A stretch of DNA of 64,000 bases from an uncultured Chloroflexia bacterium (GCA_963726175.1 CAVSBM010000012.1:13004-77003); one strand, 5' to 3'; positions 21,765-31,649 are shown, counted from the stretch's first letter. The notes: generated by a model from the letters alone, not told the origin. Numbers and translations: made by a program.

Positions 21765-22841
21765 ATGCCCAAAGAGGAGAAAGTGAACTATGCTGCGATG
21801 TGGATGTGGGCGCGATCTAGCCCGCGCCGCACCTTTTTTCTTCTACGAATTGTCTGGCGCCACTGGCGTGCCCAACGCCGCCACACACGACAACAGCGCC
21901 GGATCAACCATTCGATTCCCTCTGTTCTAGCCATCAGCCCGACGATGCGCTGCAACTACAACTGCCAGGGTTGCTACTCACGTGGTCGGCCCGAAGATAA
22001 CGAGCTATCTACAGACGAACTCAATATGCTTCTCTCCGAAGCGGAAGATCTGGGTGTCCATTCCATTGTCGTGACCGGTGGAGAGCCTTTGCTGCGGAAC
22101 GACATACCGGACTTGATAGCTCAACATCATCGGCTTCTCTTCTTCTTTATTACCAACGGCTCGCTAATAACGCCAGACGTTGCCCATCGCATCGCCCGGA
22201 GCGGAAACGTCATCCCACTGGTGAGCATCGAGGGATTTGCCAGTGACACCGACGAGCGCCGTCGGCCTGGCGCCTACGAGACTGCCATGCGTGCCTTCGG
22301 CTACCTTCGCAAAGCTCAAGCGGTCTTTGGTTTCGTCGCCACAAACACTTCTGCCAACACTCATCAACTAGCCACCGATGCATTCATTGACCAGATGGTC
22401 GCCATTGGCTGTGTCGTTGGCTTCTTCACGGAATACGTACCTTGTGGTCTAAACCCGAGGCCCGACTGGGTCCTGGATGAAACTACACGGGCCGCGTTTC
22501 GCAAGCGTGTTCTCGAGTTCAGGCGCCGCAAACCGATCGTCCTTAGCCAGTTCCCTCACGATGAGTATGGCAAGGAAAATCGCTGCTTGGGGGCGGGACG
22601 GGTGTCACTTCACATAAACTCCCAGGGCGATGTCGAACCCTGCCCGTTTGTGTCTCTTGCTCGCGAAAATATCCGCCATGGTGGGCTGATCGCTGCGTGC
22701 CAGTCGCCTTTCCTGCGCGCCATTCGCAACCAACCGGGGCTGCTCCAGCGCCAGCGCTATGCCTGTTCTCTGTTTGAGCACCGTGCTGAACTCGATGGCC
22801 TCGCACGGCAGTTCGACCTGCATGGCAAGCAGAAAACGTAG
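21765..22841 (+). CDS. Radical SAM enzyme with C-terminal SPASM-like domain
   Basis: CNYNCQGCYS (CxxxCxxC) is followed by GGEPLL. The C-terminal region is cysteine-rich (CLGAGRVSLHINSQGDVEPCPF, ACQSPF, YACSLF). The N-terminal 45 aa are Arg/Trp-rich and look out of frame, so the start is uncertain. Confidence 0.65.
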   Translation: MPKEEKVNYAAMWMWARSSPRRTFFLLRIVWRHWRAQRRHTRQQRRINHSIPSVLAISPTMRCNYNCQGCYSRGRPEDNELSTDELNMLLSEAEDLGVHSIVVTGGEPLLRNDIPDLIAQHHRLLFFFITNGSLITPDVAHRIARSGNVIPLVSIEGFASDTDERRRPGAYETAMRAFGYLRKAQAVFGFVATNTSANTHQLATDAFIDQMVAIGCVVGFFTEYVPCGLNPRPDWVLDETTRAAFRKRVLEFRRRKPIVLSQFPHDEYGKENRCLGAGRVSLHINSQGDVEPCPFVSLARENIRHGGLIAACQSPFLRAIRNQPGLLQRQRYACSLFEHRAELDGLARQFDLHGKQKT

Positions 22842-23074
22842 CACACCATCAGCCAGTCAGAGTCAGTCCACAAAAAGAGATTCCTGGCAGTATTGCGTTC
22901 CAACGTTAGCTAACGTCAGGCTGACAATCGGTGGTAGGATTCAAGGAGAGTCGCGCGGCAGCCGACCTTTTGATATTCAATATGCCGAGGTGCCAACAAT
23001 CTGGCAAATGTTACACACGTCAAGGATAATAGAGTATATCCCGTGTGTCCAGGCAGAAATCAACGAGAAGGAGT

Positions 23075-23392
23075 CTAGTACCTTCTCTGTCTTCCACCAC
23101 CAGACCAGCCACCTCTCTTGTTGCCGTAAGACCCACCACCTCTATTGTCAGAAGGTGGGCGAGCCGCGTTAACATTAAGCGTCTGGTCCTTTAGCGTTTT
23201 TCCGTTGAGGCCGGCAATTGCGGCTTGGCCTTGAGATACCGATGTCATTTCCACAAACCCGAATCCCCTGGGTTGCCCGCTGTACTTGTCTTTTACAATG
23301 CTTACAGACGTCACTTCTCCAAAGGCCGCAAATTCCTCACGTAACTCTTGTTCAGTTAGCTCATGGGGTAAATTACCGACATAAATCTTCAT
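23075..23392 (-). CDS. RRM-domain RNA-binding protein with glycine-rich tail
   Basis: RNP-2 IYVGNL, RNP-1 RGFGFVEM and a C-terminal RGGGSYGNKRGGWSGGGRQRRY tail. Confidence 0.85.
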   Translation of the reverse strand: MKIYVGNLPHELTEQELREEFAAFGEVTSVSIVKDKYSGQPRGFGFVEMTSVSQGQAAIAGLNGKTLKDQTLNVNAARPPSDNRGGGSYGNKRGGWSGGGRQRRY

Positions 23393-23572
23393 ACTAGTAC
23401 TCCTCCTTTAATTTAATCTCGTAATCCTCGCCTGGGAAATGGCAGTGGGCCTTCGCCTCGCGCAGAATTCCACTGATCTGCGTCATCCTTTGAAAGCGAC
23501 ACAGCACGAATCCTCGGATTTACCTTAACGCGTTGACACTCCCATTGAGATGACACGTCGCCACATTACAGA

Positions 23573-23610
23573 GACATACACGGGCCAGGTGTCCCCGGCC
23601 CGTGTATGTC
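23573..23610 (-). terminator. Perfect 14 bp stem hairpin (GACATACACGGGCC-N10-GGCCCGTGTATGTC) 17 nt downstream of the zinc-ribbon gene stop
   Basis: Seen directly in the sequence. The downstream U-tract on the minus strand is only moderate (UCUGUAAU). Confidence 0.4.
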
Positions 23611-23626
23611 CATGGTCAAACCGGCA

Positions 23627-23932
23627 TTATTTACTCAGTCTGACTTTACTGTAACAATCGCTACAATAGACTGGCCTGCCAGTGGTAGGCTCAAAAGGCA
23701 CTTGGGTCTCTTTGCCGCACTCAGCACATATAGCAGGAAACATTTGGCGTGGGAGCCCGTAGCTGTTACCACGACTTCCGTTCCGCTGTGTCTTCCTTGC
23801 CTCTCGGCATGAAGGACAGCGCTTGGGCTCATTGGTATAGCCCTTGGATTGAAAGAACTCTTGTTCCTCAGCGGTGAAGCTGAAGTCAGTCCCACAATCG
23901 GAACACTGGATCGTTTTGTTTTCAAAACTCAT
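23627..23932 (-). CDS. Double zinc-ribbon protein (two CxxC...CxxC modules; zf-trcl-like)
   Basis: CSDCGTDFSFTAEEQEFFQSKGY...CPSCR and CAECGKETQVPFEPTTGRPVYCSDCY. AAAAGGAGG lies 7 nt upstream of the ATG (MSFENK) at 23932. Confidence 0.6.
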   Translation of the reverse strand: MSFENKTIQCSDCGTDFSFTAEEQEFFQSKGYTNEPKRCPSCREARKTQRNGSRGNSYGLPRQMFPAICAECGKETQVPFEPTTGRPVYCSDCYSKVRLSK

Positions 23933-24149
23933 TGGATGACCTCCTTTTTCAAAAATTTTAGTTAGAGCCTGGGTCATCCAATACTTGATATGAATCTAGC
24001 AGAATCCTAAGAAGCTTGTAATAACCTAAACTTAAACTACTAAAATACATCATACACCTATTATTAAGATTGTCAAGTCCCGCCGTGGCTCTATTCGTGC
24101 TTTAAGTCCGCCTCAAGCGCTAAGGGATAAATTCGATTCCGCTCTGGCT

Positions 24150-24260
24150 TAAGCTCTCTTGCCCTCTTTAAGGCTTGAGAAGTCCGAGTTATATTCCTCA
24201 ATTAGTCCGGCATCGGCGAAGCTGAAGTATCTATTCTCGCCTATTATGACGTGCTTTATC
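24150..24260 (-). pseudogene. Duplicated 3' fragment of radC (last about 35 codons)
   Basis: The reverse complement encodes HVIIGENRYFSFADAGLIEEYNSDFSSLKEGKRA*. Intact radC ends ...HIIIGENRYFSFADGGLIEEYNSDFLSLKEGKIR*. Confidence 0.45.
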
Positions 24261-24562
24261 GCCTACTGCAGCACACTACGTCGCCTGATTAGCAACAACA
24301 TGGCGAAACGCGCAGGCTAGAACTACTCAAGAATTGGGTATGTAATAGAATTCAAGTCGGGCAAAGCGGGCGGTACTGGACGACAGACACGACTTTGTGC
24401 TATTGTTCAGCTTTAATGTATGGCCCAACTAAAATTGCCGGATTTGTTTGCCTAGATTACGTAGGTTATCCACAATCAAGAGTGACCCAAGCCCATAGCA
24501 TCTTGACACTGCTGATTTCATGAGATAGTGCACAGAAAAGACAGCCCGATGGAGGATGAAGA

Positions 24563-25333
24563 ATGAAGACAAATAAAGGCGAGGACCGGTCGGCTTCGCT
24601 GGCTGAATCCCAACCTGCGGTCCCAGTAAGGAGAACCCTTGCCCAGGACCTGTTCGATGGGGTTGCCCCCTCGTACGACACCTGGGCGCAAGTGCTGACT
24701 TTCTTTCAGTACCTTCGTTGGCGCAGGTTCTTAGTCTCGCGAATGGCTCTTCGGCCGGGAAACCTTGTGCTTGACGTATGTACCGGTACAGCCGGTGTCG
24801 CCATGGAGATTGCCGACCACCATGATGGCCGAATCGTGGGGCTCGATGTTAGCCACTTGATGCTGAAAGCTGGCCTCCGCGCCGTCGAGAAGAAAAGCCT
24901 GGACGGCAGAGTCCAACTTATCCAGGGACGCGCGGAGCATTTACCCTTTCCTGATAAGACCTTCGATGCGGTTGTCTTCACCTACCTGTTGCGTTATGTC
25001 CAGGACCCTGATGCAACAATACGGGAGCTGTCTCGCGTACTGAAACCAGGCGGGGAATTGCTCTCGCTTGAGTTCGGCCTTCCAGAAGCCCTTTGGGTAA
25101 GAGCTCTATGGGAAATCTACAATAGGATCGTTATGCCAGTAATGACCATCCCAGTTTCACGAGGTTGGCATCGCGTCGGCTGTTTCTTAGGTCCGAGTAT
25201 CCGGGACTTCTGTCGGCGGTGTCCTGTTGATCGCCTCGCCGCAATATGGCGTGACCATGGAATCCCGCTGGTAGAAACAAGACCACTGCTTAAAGGTGCA
25301 GCCATTGTGATGTGGGGAACAAAAGGAAGATAG
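24563..25333 (+). CDS. Class I SAM-dependent methyltransferase (UbiE/MenG-like)
   Basis: Motif I VLDVCTGTAGVAMEI and motif post-I IVGLDVS. Confidence 0.8.
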   Translation: MKTNKGEDRSASLAESQPAVPVRRTLAQDLFDGVAPSYDTWAQVLTFFQYLRWRRFLVSRMALRPGNLVLDVCTGTAGVAMEIADHHDGRIVGLDVSHLMLKAGLRAVEKKSLDGRVQLIQGRAEHLPFPDKTFDAVVFTYLLRYVQDPDATIRELSRVLKPGGELLSLEFGLPEALWVRALWEIYNRIVMPVMTIPVSRGWHRVGCFLGPSIRDFCRRCPVDRLAAIWRDHGIPLVETRPLLKGAAIVMWGTKGR

Positions 25334-25446
25334 AGACCCATAGCCAGCCGTAGTAATTACCTTATGGTGGAATTTCTCTGCTCGAATACGACCCTCACAG
25401 TTGTCTTTAGCCAGTAATCTATTAGCTTCGTCACTGCTTTCTTCCA

Positions 25447-26172
25447 TCAGCGAATTTTTCCCTCTTTGAGGCTTAAAAAGTCCGAGTTATATTCCTCGAT
25501 TAGCCCCCCATCGGCAAAGCTGAAGTAGCGATTCTCGCCTATTATGATGTGGTCAAGGACTTTGATCTGCATAATATTGCCGGCGAATACCAAATCCTGG
25601 GTTATTCGCTTATCATTATCGCTGGGTTGAGGATTGCCGGCAGGGTGGTTGTGGACGAAGATTAAGGCGGCAGCGTCATGTTTGACGGCGCTCTGGACAA
25701 TTTCCCGAGGGTAGATGGCACTGGCGTTCAATGTCCCTTCAAAGAGGTCTTCAATCTCCACAACGCGATTCTGGGAATCAAGGAACATGACTTTGAAGAC
25801 TTCTTTCTTGAGGTCTCGCATAGAATGATACAGGTAATCGAAGACTTCTTTGGAGGACCGGCAATACGGTTTATCGAGGACCTGCTCCTTCAGGAACTCC
25901 CGGGCTATCTCCTGCATGAATTTGATGACGAAGATGTTGTGGGCGGTAATCCCTTTGATTTTCCGCAATTCCTCAGGAGGGGCCTCCAGAACGCCTCTCA
26001 GGGTCTTAAACCTCTTTATGGCTTCTTTGGCTTGCGGTTTACAATCCTTGCGAGCCGTCCCCAGCGTCAGCAGCAATTCCACAATTTCATAGTCGAGGAA
26101 GGCTGACAGTCCCGATTGATTGAACCTTTCCCGTAATCTTTTGCGGTGCCCTTCCGGGCCTTTGGCTTCCAT
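25447..26172 (-). CDS. radC: RadC-family JAB/MPN domain protein
   Basis: HNHPAGNPQPSDND JAMM-like motif with an N-terminal helix-hairpin-helix region. The likely start is Met at 26172 (MEAKGPEG). Confidence 0.8.
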   Translation of the reverse strand: MEAKGPEGHRKRLRERFNQSGLSAFLDYEIVELLLTLGTARKDCKPQAKEAIKRFKTLRGVLEAPPEELRKIKGITAHNIFVIKFMQEIAREFLKEQVLDKPYCRSSKEVFDYLYHSMRDLKKEVFKVMFLDSQNRVVEIEDLFEGTLNASAIYPREIVQSAVKHDAAALIFVHNHPAGNPQPSDNDKRITQDLVFAGNIMQIKVLDHIIIGENRYFSFADGGLIEEYNSDFLSLKEGKIR

Positions 26173-26377
26173 GCTCGCTGTCACCTTCTCTATTTCATAA
26201 CTCCCCTGGCCCCTCCTACCTGAAGAGGGGAATCTACCCCCCACTCTAGCTCTCTCCCGCCAAGGGGAGAGAGGATCATAATAATTTACGCAACTATCCA
26301 TAATTATATATTCTAACCACGACTAAGGGAATTATGTCGTACGACGGGAAGCGAAGTGTTGATATAATACTGATGGA

Positions 26378-27722
26378 ATGAATTTAGCACGGCAGATAGA
26401 ACGGTATCTCCCCGGCCAACTCCTGAAACTGGTCAAGGATGTCAGCAGACAGGCGGTCAATAGTGGGCAAAGGGTATATCTCGTCGGCGGTGTAGTCCGA
26501 GACCTACTTCTAGGTTATCCCAATTTCGACCTGGATCTCGTAGTCGAGGGCGATGCGGTGAAATTGACTCAACAAGTGGCGGAAACCAGCCAGGCAAAGT
26601 TGTTGGCCCATCAGCCGCTTTGGCACCGCCAAGCTCCGATATGAGAACTTCACCCTGGACCTGGCGACGGCACGAAAGGAGACCTATGCCAGACCGGGGG
26701 CATTGCCTACAGTTACCCCGGGCACCCTCAAGGATGACCTGATCCGCAGGGATTTCTCTATCAATGCTATGGCTATATCCCTGGCAGCAAACGATTATGG
26801 CGAGTTAATTGACCCCTATCAAGGTAGAAGCGACCTGGAGCATCGCCTCGTTCGTGTCCTGCATCCCAAAAGCTTCACCGATGATGCCACCAGGATTTTA
26901 CGGGGCGTATGTTATGAACAACGGTTTCGTTTCGAGCTCGAAGCAGAAACCGCCCGCTTACTCAAACGGCATATTCCCATGCTGGATACGATAAGCGGCG
27001 ACCGAATCAGGCACGAGCTAGAACATATTTTCGAAGAGCAGCGACCGGAACTCGTTATCAAGCGACTCGGCGACCTGGGAGTGCTGGACAGGCTAAGCCC
27101 CTCCCTCAAGGGCGATGGCTGGATAGCTGAGAAATTCGGCGACGCGCGGCGGCTCAAGAAGCCCAACCAGTTGCCCTCGCTCTACTTTTGCCTCCTCGTC
27201 TATTCATTGAGCAAACGGGATATTGAGCAGTTTCTCACCCGCCTCAACATACCGGCAAAATTATCCCGGGCTATGCGCGATACCCTCCATCTCAAGAGCA
27301 GCCTTCCCACCATGGACAAGCCTTCTTTGAAACCCAGTGAGATTCACTACCTGCTCAGGGAATATGGGCCCGTCGCGATCCAGGCAAATGCCATAGCCAC
27401 GGAATCTTCAACAATACACCGCCATCTCCAGCTATTCCTCACAAAACTGCGCTATGTGAGAACTGCCCTCGACGGGGAGGAGCTAAAGAAACTGGGCATC
27501 TCTGCGGGACCGGAGATGGGACAAGTCCTCCAGACATTGCATAGGGCAAAATTGGATGGAGAGGTTCACACCAGGGCAGACGAAAGAAAACTAGCCCTCT
27601 CTCTATCACCGAAGTTACAGGGGCGGGAGGGGAAGAAGACTCCAGAGCGCCGGGCCAAGGTAGCAGGCCAAAAGATACTTGGGAAACCTGCCTGCCCAGC
27701 ACGGCAAAAGAAACTTCCATAA
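26378..27722 (+). CDS. cca: CCA-adding tRNA nucleotidyltransferase, frameshifted near 26615
   Basis: ORF1 has GGVVRDLLLG. The third frame reads ...RFGTAKLRYENFTLDLATARKETYARPGALPTV and joins ORF2 at ...TPGTLKDDLIRRDFSINA. An extra C in CAGCCGC explains the shift. Confidence 0.75.
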
Positions 27723-28205
27723 CGGCATTTTAGAGGCTCCGGCCAGGAGCCCAGCTACGTCAAATGGCAATATAGGCTGAGCAGAGATGATGAGAATGCC
27801 CCAGGGCCCATATTTCTTCATCCAGCCTACAAGCCTTTGATATCCCGGTATATTCTCTAGTTGCGCGATCCTCTTTCCCAGGTAGCCGGCGTAATAACCA
27901 CTCATTTCCCCCAGGGTACCAGCTACGCTGGCTGTCAAAGCTACAAGAACAGGATTCCAATACTGTGCTGCTGCCATCATTATGGAAACATGAATGTATA
28001 CCGGAACAAAGATGCCCGCGTTAGATAGCAGGGTGACTACGAAGACAGCTAAGTAAGCTGTGGGAGCAAATCTGTCTATCGGGATATTGAAATAAGCCAT
28101 TAAGTATCGAAGCAAATAGGTAAGGCCGAAACTAAGACCAATGAGAATGACAACGTAAAGCGCTAATTCAAGCCATCTCTTTTGCTTCAGCTTTTCCAGT
28201 ACCAT
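27615..28205 (-). CDS. DedA/VTT-domain membrane protein
   Basis: Polytopic 196 aa protein with a GxxxGxxxGExxxYxxG-like region (GTLGEMSGYYAGYLG). Confidence 0.65.
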   Translation of the reverse strand: MVLEKLKQKRWLELALYVVILIGLSFGLTYLLRYLMAYFNIPIDRFAPTAYLAVFVVTLLSNAGIFVPVYIHVSIMMAAAQYWNPVLVALTASVAGTLGEMSGYYAGYLGKRIAQLENIPGYQRLVGWMKKYGPWGILIISAQPILPFDVAGLLAGASKMPLWKFLLPCWAGRFPKYLLACYLGPALWSLLPLPPL

Positions 28206-28217
28206 TGAATTACCTAA

Positions 28218-29065
28218 CTATCGCGGCAAAGAAGATGCCAGATAGCACTCCAATCTTTGCTTCTTCAGACGTGTAAACAGCTCACCGGCTTCCTCTTTCT
28301 CTGGAGAAAAACGTAAAAAGACATGGCCCGGAGCCGGCGAGATAAACTCGCGGCGCTCCGGCTTCATTAAGGATCTTCCGATGTTTCTCCAGCTCCGGAA
28401 AGAAATCAAAGGCTACCCTTTCGAAGGCATTGAACATGAGATCAGGGTCAAGCGTTATTCCCTTGCTTCAAAGATAACACGGCTGCCTGAACAAACTGGC
28501 CTTCGGTGAAATCAGCAACGCCTAAATTACTATACATTTGTTTCGTTTTGCCCGGGACCTTGGGCGACGGCGGCACCAGCAACACAAAGCTCGCCGAAGG
28601 CAAGGATGGCAGCGGGGTTACTTTTTCGCCCCTTCCCTCTATCAAAGCCGTGCCTTTGTGGACAAAGAAGGGAACATCAGAGCCTAGCTTGAAGGCTAAA
28701 CGCACGAGCTCGGAAATCGGCAACCTTAATCCCCAAAGCTCATTCAGAGCCAAAAGGGTGGCCGCGGCGTCGCTGCTGCCACCCCCCAATCCGACACCCC
28801 AGGGTATGTGCTTGCGAAGTGCGATTCGTGCGCCCAGATCACATTTCACGCTCCCCTTGAGTAGAAAGGCCGCCCTTGTTACCAGGTTATCGCCCTTCAA
28901 GGTGGGCTCATCACAATCAAAATGTATTTCCTTGTCTAGTTGAAAACTAAGGACATCGCATAAGTCTATGGACTGGATGATGCTGGAGATCCGGTGATAA
29001 TCGTTATCCTTGCCCAGCACTTCGAGGACAAGGTTTACTTTAGCCGGGGCATAAACAGTCAACAT
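28218..29065 (-). CDS. ispE: 4-diphosphocytidyl-2-C-methyl-D-erythritol kinase, frameshifted near 28410-28450
   Basis: YAPAKVNLVLEVLG and PWGVGLGGGSSDAAATLLALNELW are present. The C-terminal piece sits in ORF 28218..28409 (ISPAPGHVFLRF). The start ATG overlaps the rsmA stop as TAATG. Confidence 0.7.
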
Positions 29066-29916
29066 TATGTTCTTTTGGCAAAGGGAGCAAAGATTTTCCA
29101 GAGCTCCCTCCATTCCTCCAGGCTCAGAGTTTCCGCCCGTCGTCTAGGTTCTATTCCTGCCTTCTCCAGCGATGAAGCAACCTGGCTGGGTGGCATCTCT
29201 AAAGAGTGCGCCAGCGAATTGCGAATCTGCTTACGAGGAGCGCGGAAACCATGCATAACTATATCAAAGAAACCAGCGACATCGGATACCTCAATAGGCG
29301 GCTGGGAGTAAACATCCAGCCTCAATATGACTGAATCCACCTTGGGCGGGGGATAGAAACTTGCCGCCGGCACATGCGACACAATAGCAGGCTTGCTGTA
29401 AAACTGAGCCTTAACGCTGAGCAATCTCATCTTACCAGGGGCAGCAGCGATAGCTTCACCAACTTCTTTCTGTACCATTACTACCATTTCCGAGGGTCGG
29501 GGCTGCGCCTCGAGAAAATGGCTCAATACCGGTGAAGTAATGTAATAAGGAAGATTAGCGATAACTTTGTAGCCTCGGGCAAGGTCAGAGGCAGGCAAAT
29601 TGTCCTGCAAAAGTTGCCGAGGGGTCAGCTTAAGTATATCGGCATGCACAATTTTGACATCAAGAAAGCCAGCCAGTCGTTTTTTCAGCAGGGTAACCAG
29701 TTTGGCATCAAGTTCAACAGCAATAACCCTGGCTCCCTGTTTGGCTAGCGCCTCAGTCAGTATGCCCAGGCCTGGGCCCACCTCCACTACAATGTCCCCG
29801 GGGCTGAGTTCGGCAGCAGATAGGATACGCTCTAATACAGCTTCATCTATAAGGAAATGCTGTCCTAAGCTTTTTCTCGGCTTGAAGCCAAATTGGCGGA
29901 GTAACTGTCGGTACAA
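29065..29916 (-). CDS. rsmA: 16S rRNA (adenine1518/1519-N6)-dimethyltransferase
   Basis: LGQHFLID and VVEVGPGLGILT motifs. Confidence 0.85.
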   Translation of the reverse strand: MYRQLLRQFGFKPRKSLGQHFLIDEAVLERILSAAELSPGDIVVEVGPGLGILTEALAKQGARVIAVELDAKLVTLLKKRLAGFLDVKIVHADILKLTPRQLLQDNLPASDLARGYKVIANLPYYITSPVLSHFLEAQPRPSEMVVMVQKEVGEAIAAAPGKMRLLSVKAQFYSKPAIVSHVPAASFYPPPKVDSVILRLDVYSQPPIEVSDVAGFFDIVMHGFRAPRKQIRNSLAHSLEMPPSQVASSLEKAGIEPRRRAETLSLEEWRELWKIFAPFAKRT

Positions 29917-29921
29917 GAGTA

Positions 29922-30785
29922 TCAGCCTTGTCCAAACAACTGATAGAAGCCCTTGCCCACTTTTCTTCCCGTGTACCCAAGCTCGACCATCCTCTTCAAT
30001 ATCGGAGCTGGCTTATATCTTTCCCATCCCGTCTGCTGGTAAACTCCTTCCAGGAGGTCGACCAAAACGTCTATACCAACCATGTCCGCCAGCTCAAATG
30101 GGCCCATCGGCCAGTTGTGTGATAATTTCTCTATTTTATCTATATCCTCTATGCTGGCTAGATTCTCCTCCAATAGCTTGGCGGCTTCGTTCATAACCAG
30201 GGTTATTATCCTGTTGGTCACAAATCCCGGGGAATCCTTGACTACGACTGTTTCCTTACCCAGAGATTTGACGAAATCGAGGCTCACTTTCAGAGTCTCC
30301 TCTGATGTAAGGAAGGTTCTTACTATCTCCACTCCCTTCATTAGCGGTACAGGGTTCATGAAGTGTGTGCCGATGACCTTGTCAGGACGCTTAGTCGCAG
30401 ATGCCAGTAGACTCACCGGTATTCCGGATGTATTGGAAGCCAGGATTGCTTCTTTTGGGCAAATTTCCTCAAGCTGTCCGAATATCGGCAGCTTTACCTC
30501 CGCCCTCTCAAATACCGCCTCTATGACATAGTCAGCGTCTTTAGCGGCATTTTTCATGTCAATCGAGGTATGAAGTCTCGCCAGAGCCTTATTCATCTCC
30601 TCTTGTTTGATTCTTTCCTTTTGCACAAATTTGGCCAGGCTGGACTTTATCATGCCCATACCACGGTCCAGAAACTCTTGCTTTACGTCAACCATGGTCG
30701 TCTCGTAGCCGGCCTGTGCCGATACCTGAGCTATGCCGCTGCCCATAGTCCCCGATCCAATAACACATACTTTCTTTATTGCCAT
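29922..30785 (-). CDS. hbd: 3-hydroxyacyl-CoA (3-hydroxybutyryl-CoA) dehydrogenase
   Basis: VCVIGSGTMGSGIAQV NAD-binding motif and a 287 aa HAD-family body. Confidence 0.75.
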   Translation of the reverse strand: MAIKKVCVIGSGTMGSGIAQVSAQAGYETTMVDVKQEFLDRGMGMIKSSLAKFVQKERIKQEEMNKALARLHTSIDMKNAAKDADYVIEAVFERAEVKLPIFGQLEEICPKEAILASNTSGIPVSLLASATKRPDKVIGTHFMNPVPLMKGVEIVRTFLTSEETLKVSLDFVKSLGKETVVVKDSPGFVTNRIITLVMNEAAKLLEENLASIEDIDKIEKLSHNWPMGPFELADMVGIDVLVDLLEGVYQQTGWERYKPAPILKRMVELGYTGRKVGKGFYQLFGQG

Positions 30786-30814
30786 GTGTATTGCCTCCTG
30801 GATGATTGAATTCT

Positions 30815-31615
30815 CTATACCATGGTGTATCCACCATCAACGCTGATGGTCTGTCCGGTTATGAAGTTAGCCCGGTCTGAGGCCAGGAAGAGAACAGCAT
30901 TGGCTATATCGTCCGGTGTCCCCAGCCGTCCCAAGGGGATACCCTTAGCTATTTTCTCCAGTGCTTCCGGGCTGCCAAATACTTTCATCATATCATCCGT
31001 CCACATGCTCTCCGAAGTAGTAACGTCTCTGCTGGCAGGAACAACGACACCCGGACAAACCACGTTGACGTTTATCCCATAACGGCCAAGCTCCCTGGCC
31101 AAAGACTTCGTCATAGAAATCAAAGCACCCTTGCAGCCGCTGTAAACAACTTCTCTCAACTGCCCTACTCTGGCAGCATCAGAGCCGATGCTGATAATCT
31201 TTCCGTACTTCCGCTCAATCATATGGTCTAAAACGGCTCTGGTGCAGTTTATATCGCTCCAGAAATTGCGGGCTATTTCCTTTTCCCAATCATCTCTGGG
31301 TTTTTTCACAAAAAGGTCGTCCCTGACCCAACCAACAACGTTGACCAGTATATCTACCTGACCAAAGTTGTCCAGCGTTTTCTTCACCATCGCCTGTACC
31401 GAATCCCAGTCCGTCACATCCGTCCTTATATTCTCAACTTTGCCCTTGCCCAGGGCACTGGCTTCCCTGGCCACTTTGGCTCCCTGAGCTTCATCCAGTT
31501 CAGCTATGGCCACGTTCGTTCCTTGCTCAGCAAAAGCTATAACTATGCCCCGCCCAATATTGGAGCCACCCCCCGTAACAATCGCTGTTTTACCTTCAAG
31601 CCCTAAGAAATCCAT
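30815..31615 (-). CDS. Short-chain dehydrogenase/reductase (SDR) family oxidoreductase
   Basis: TGGGSNIGRG cofactor motif and a YSGCK catalytic region. Confidence 0.8.
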   Translation of the reverse strand: MDFLGLEGKTAIVTGGGSNIGRGIVIAFAEQGTNVAIAELDEAQGAKVAREASALGKGKVENIRTDVTDWDSVQAMVKKTLDNFGQVDILVNVVGWVRDDLFVKKPRDDWEKEIARNFWSDINCTRAVLDHMIERKYGKIISIGSDAARVGQLREVVYSGCKGALISMTKSLARELGRYGINVNVVCPGVVVPASRDVTTSESMWTDDMMKVFGSPEALEKIAKGIPLGRLGTPDDIANAVLFLASDRANFITGQTISVDGGYTMV

Positions 31616-31649
31616 CTGTGAACTTTTCTCTATCTGTTTTGAATTTTAC

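Noticed and set aside
21626-21820. 64 aa ORF as an rSAM precursor peptide
   Set aside because: Its frame is continuous with the upstream transposase C-terminal remnant (open from 21416 without a start). It is more likely the tail of the IS pseudogene than a dedicated peptide, though a hidden precursor nearby is not excluded.
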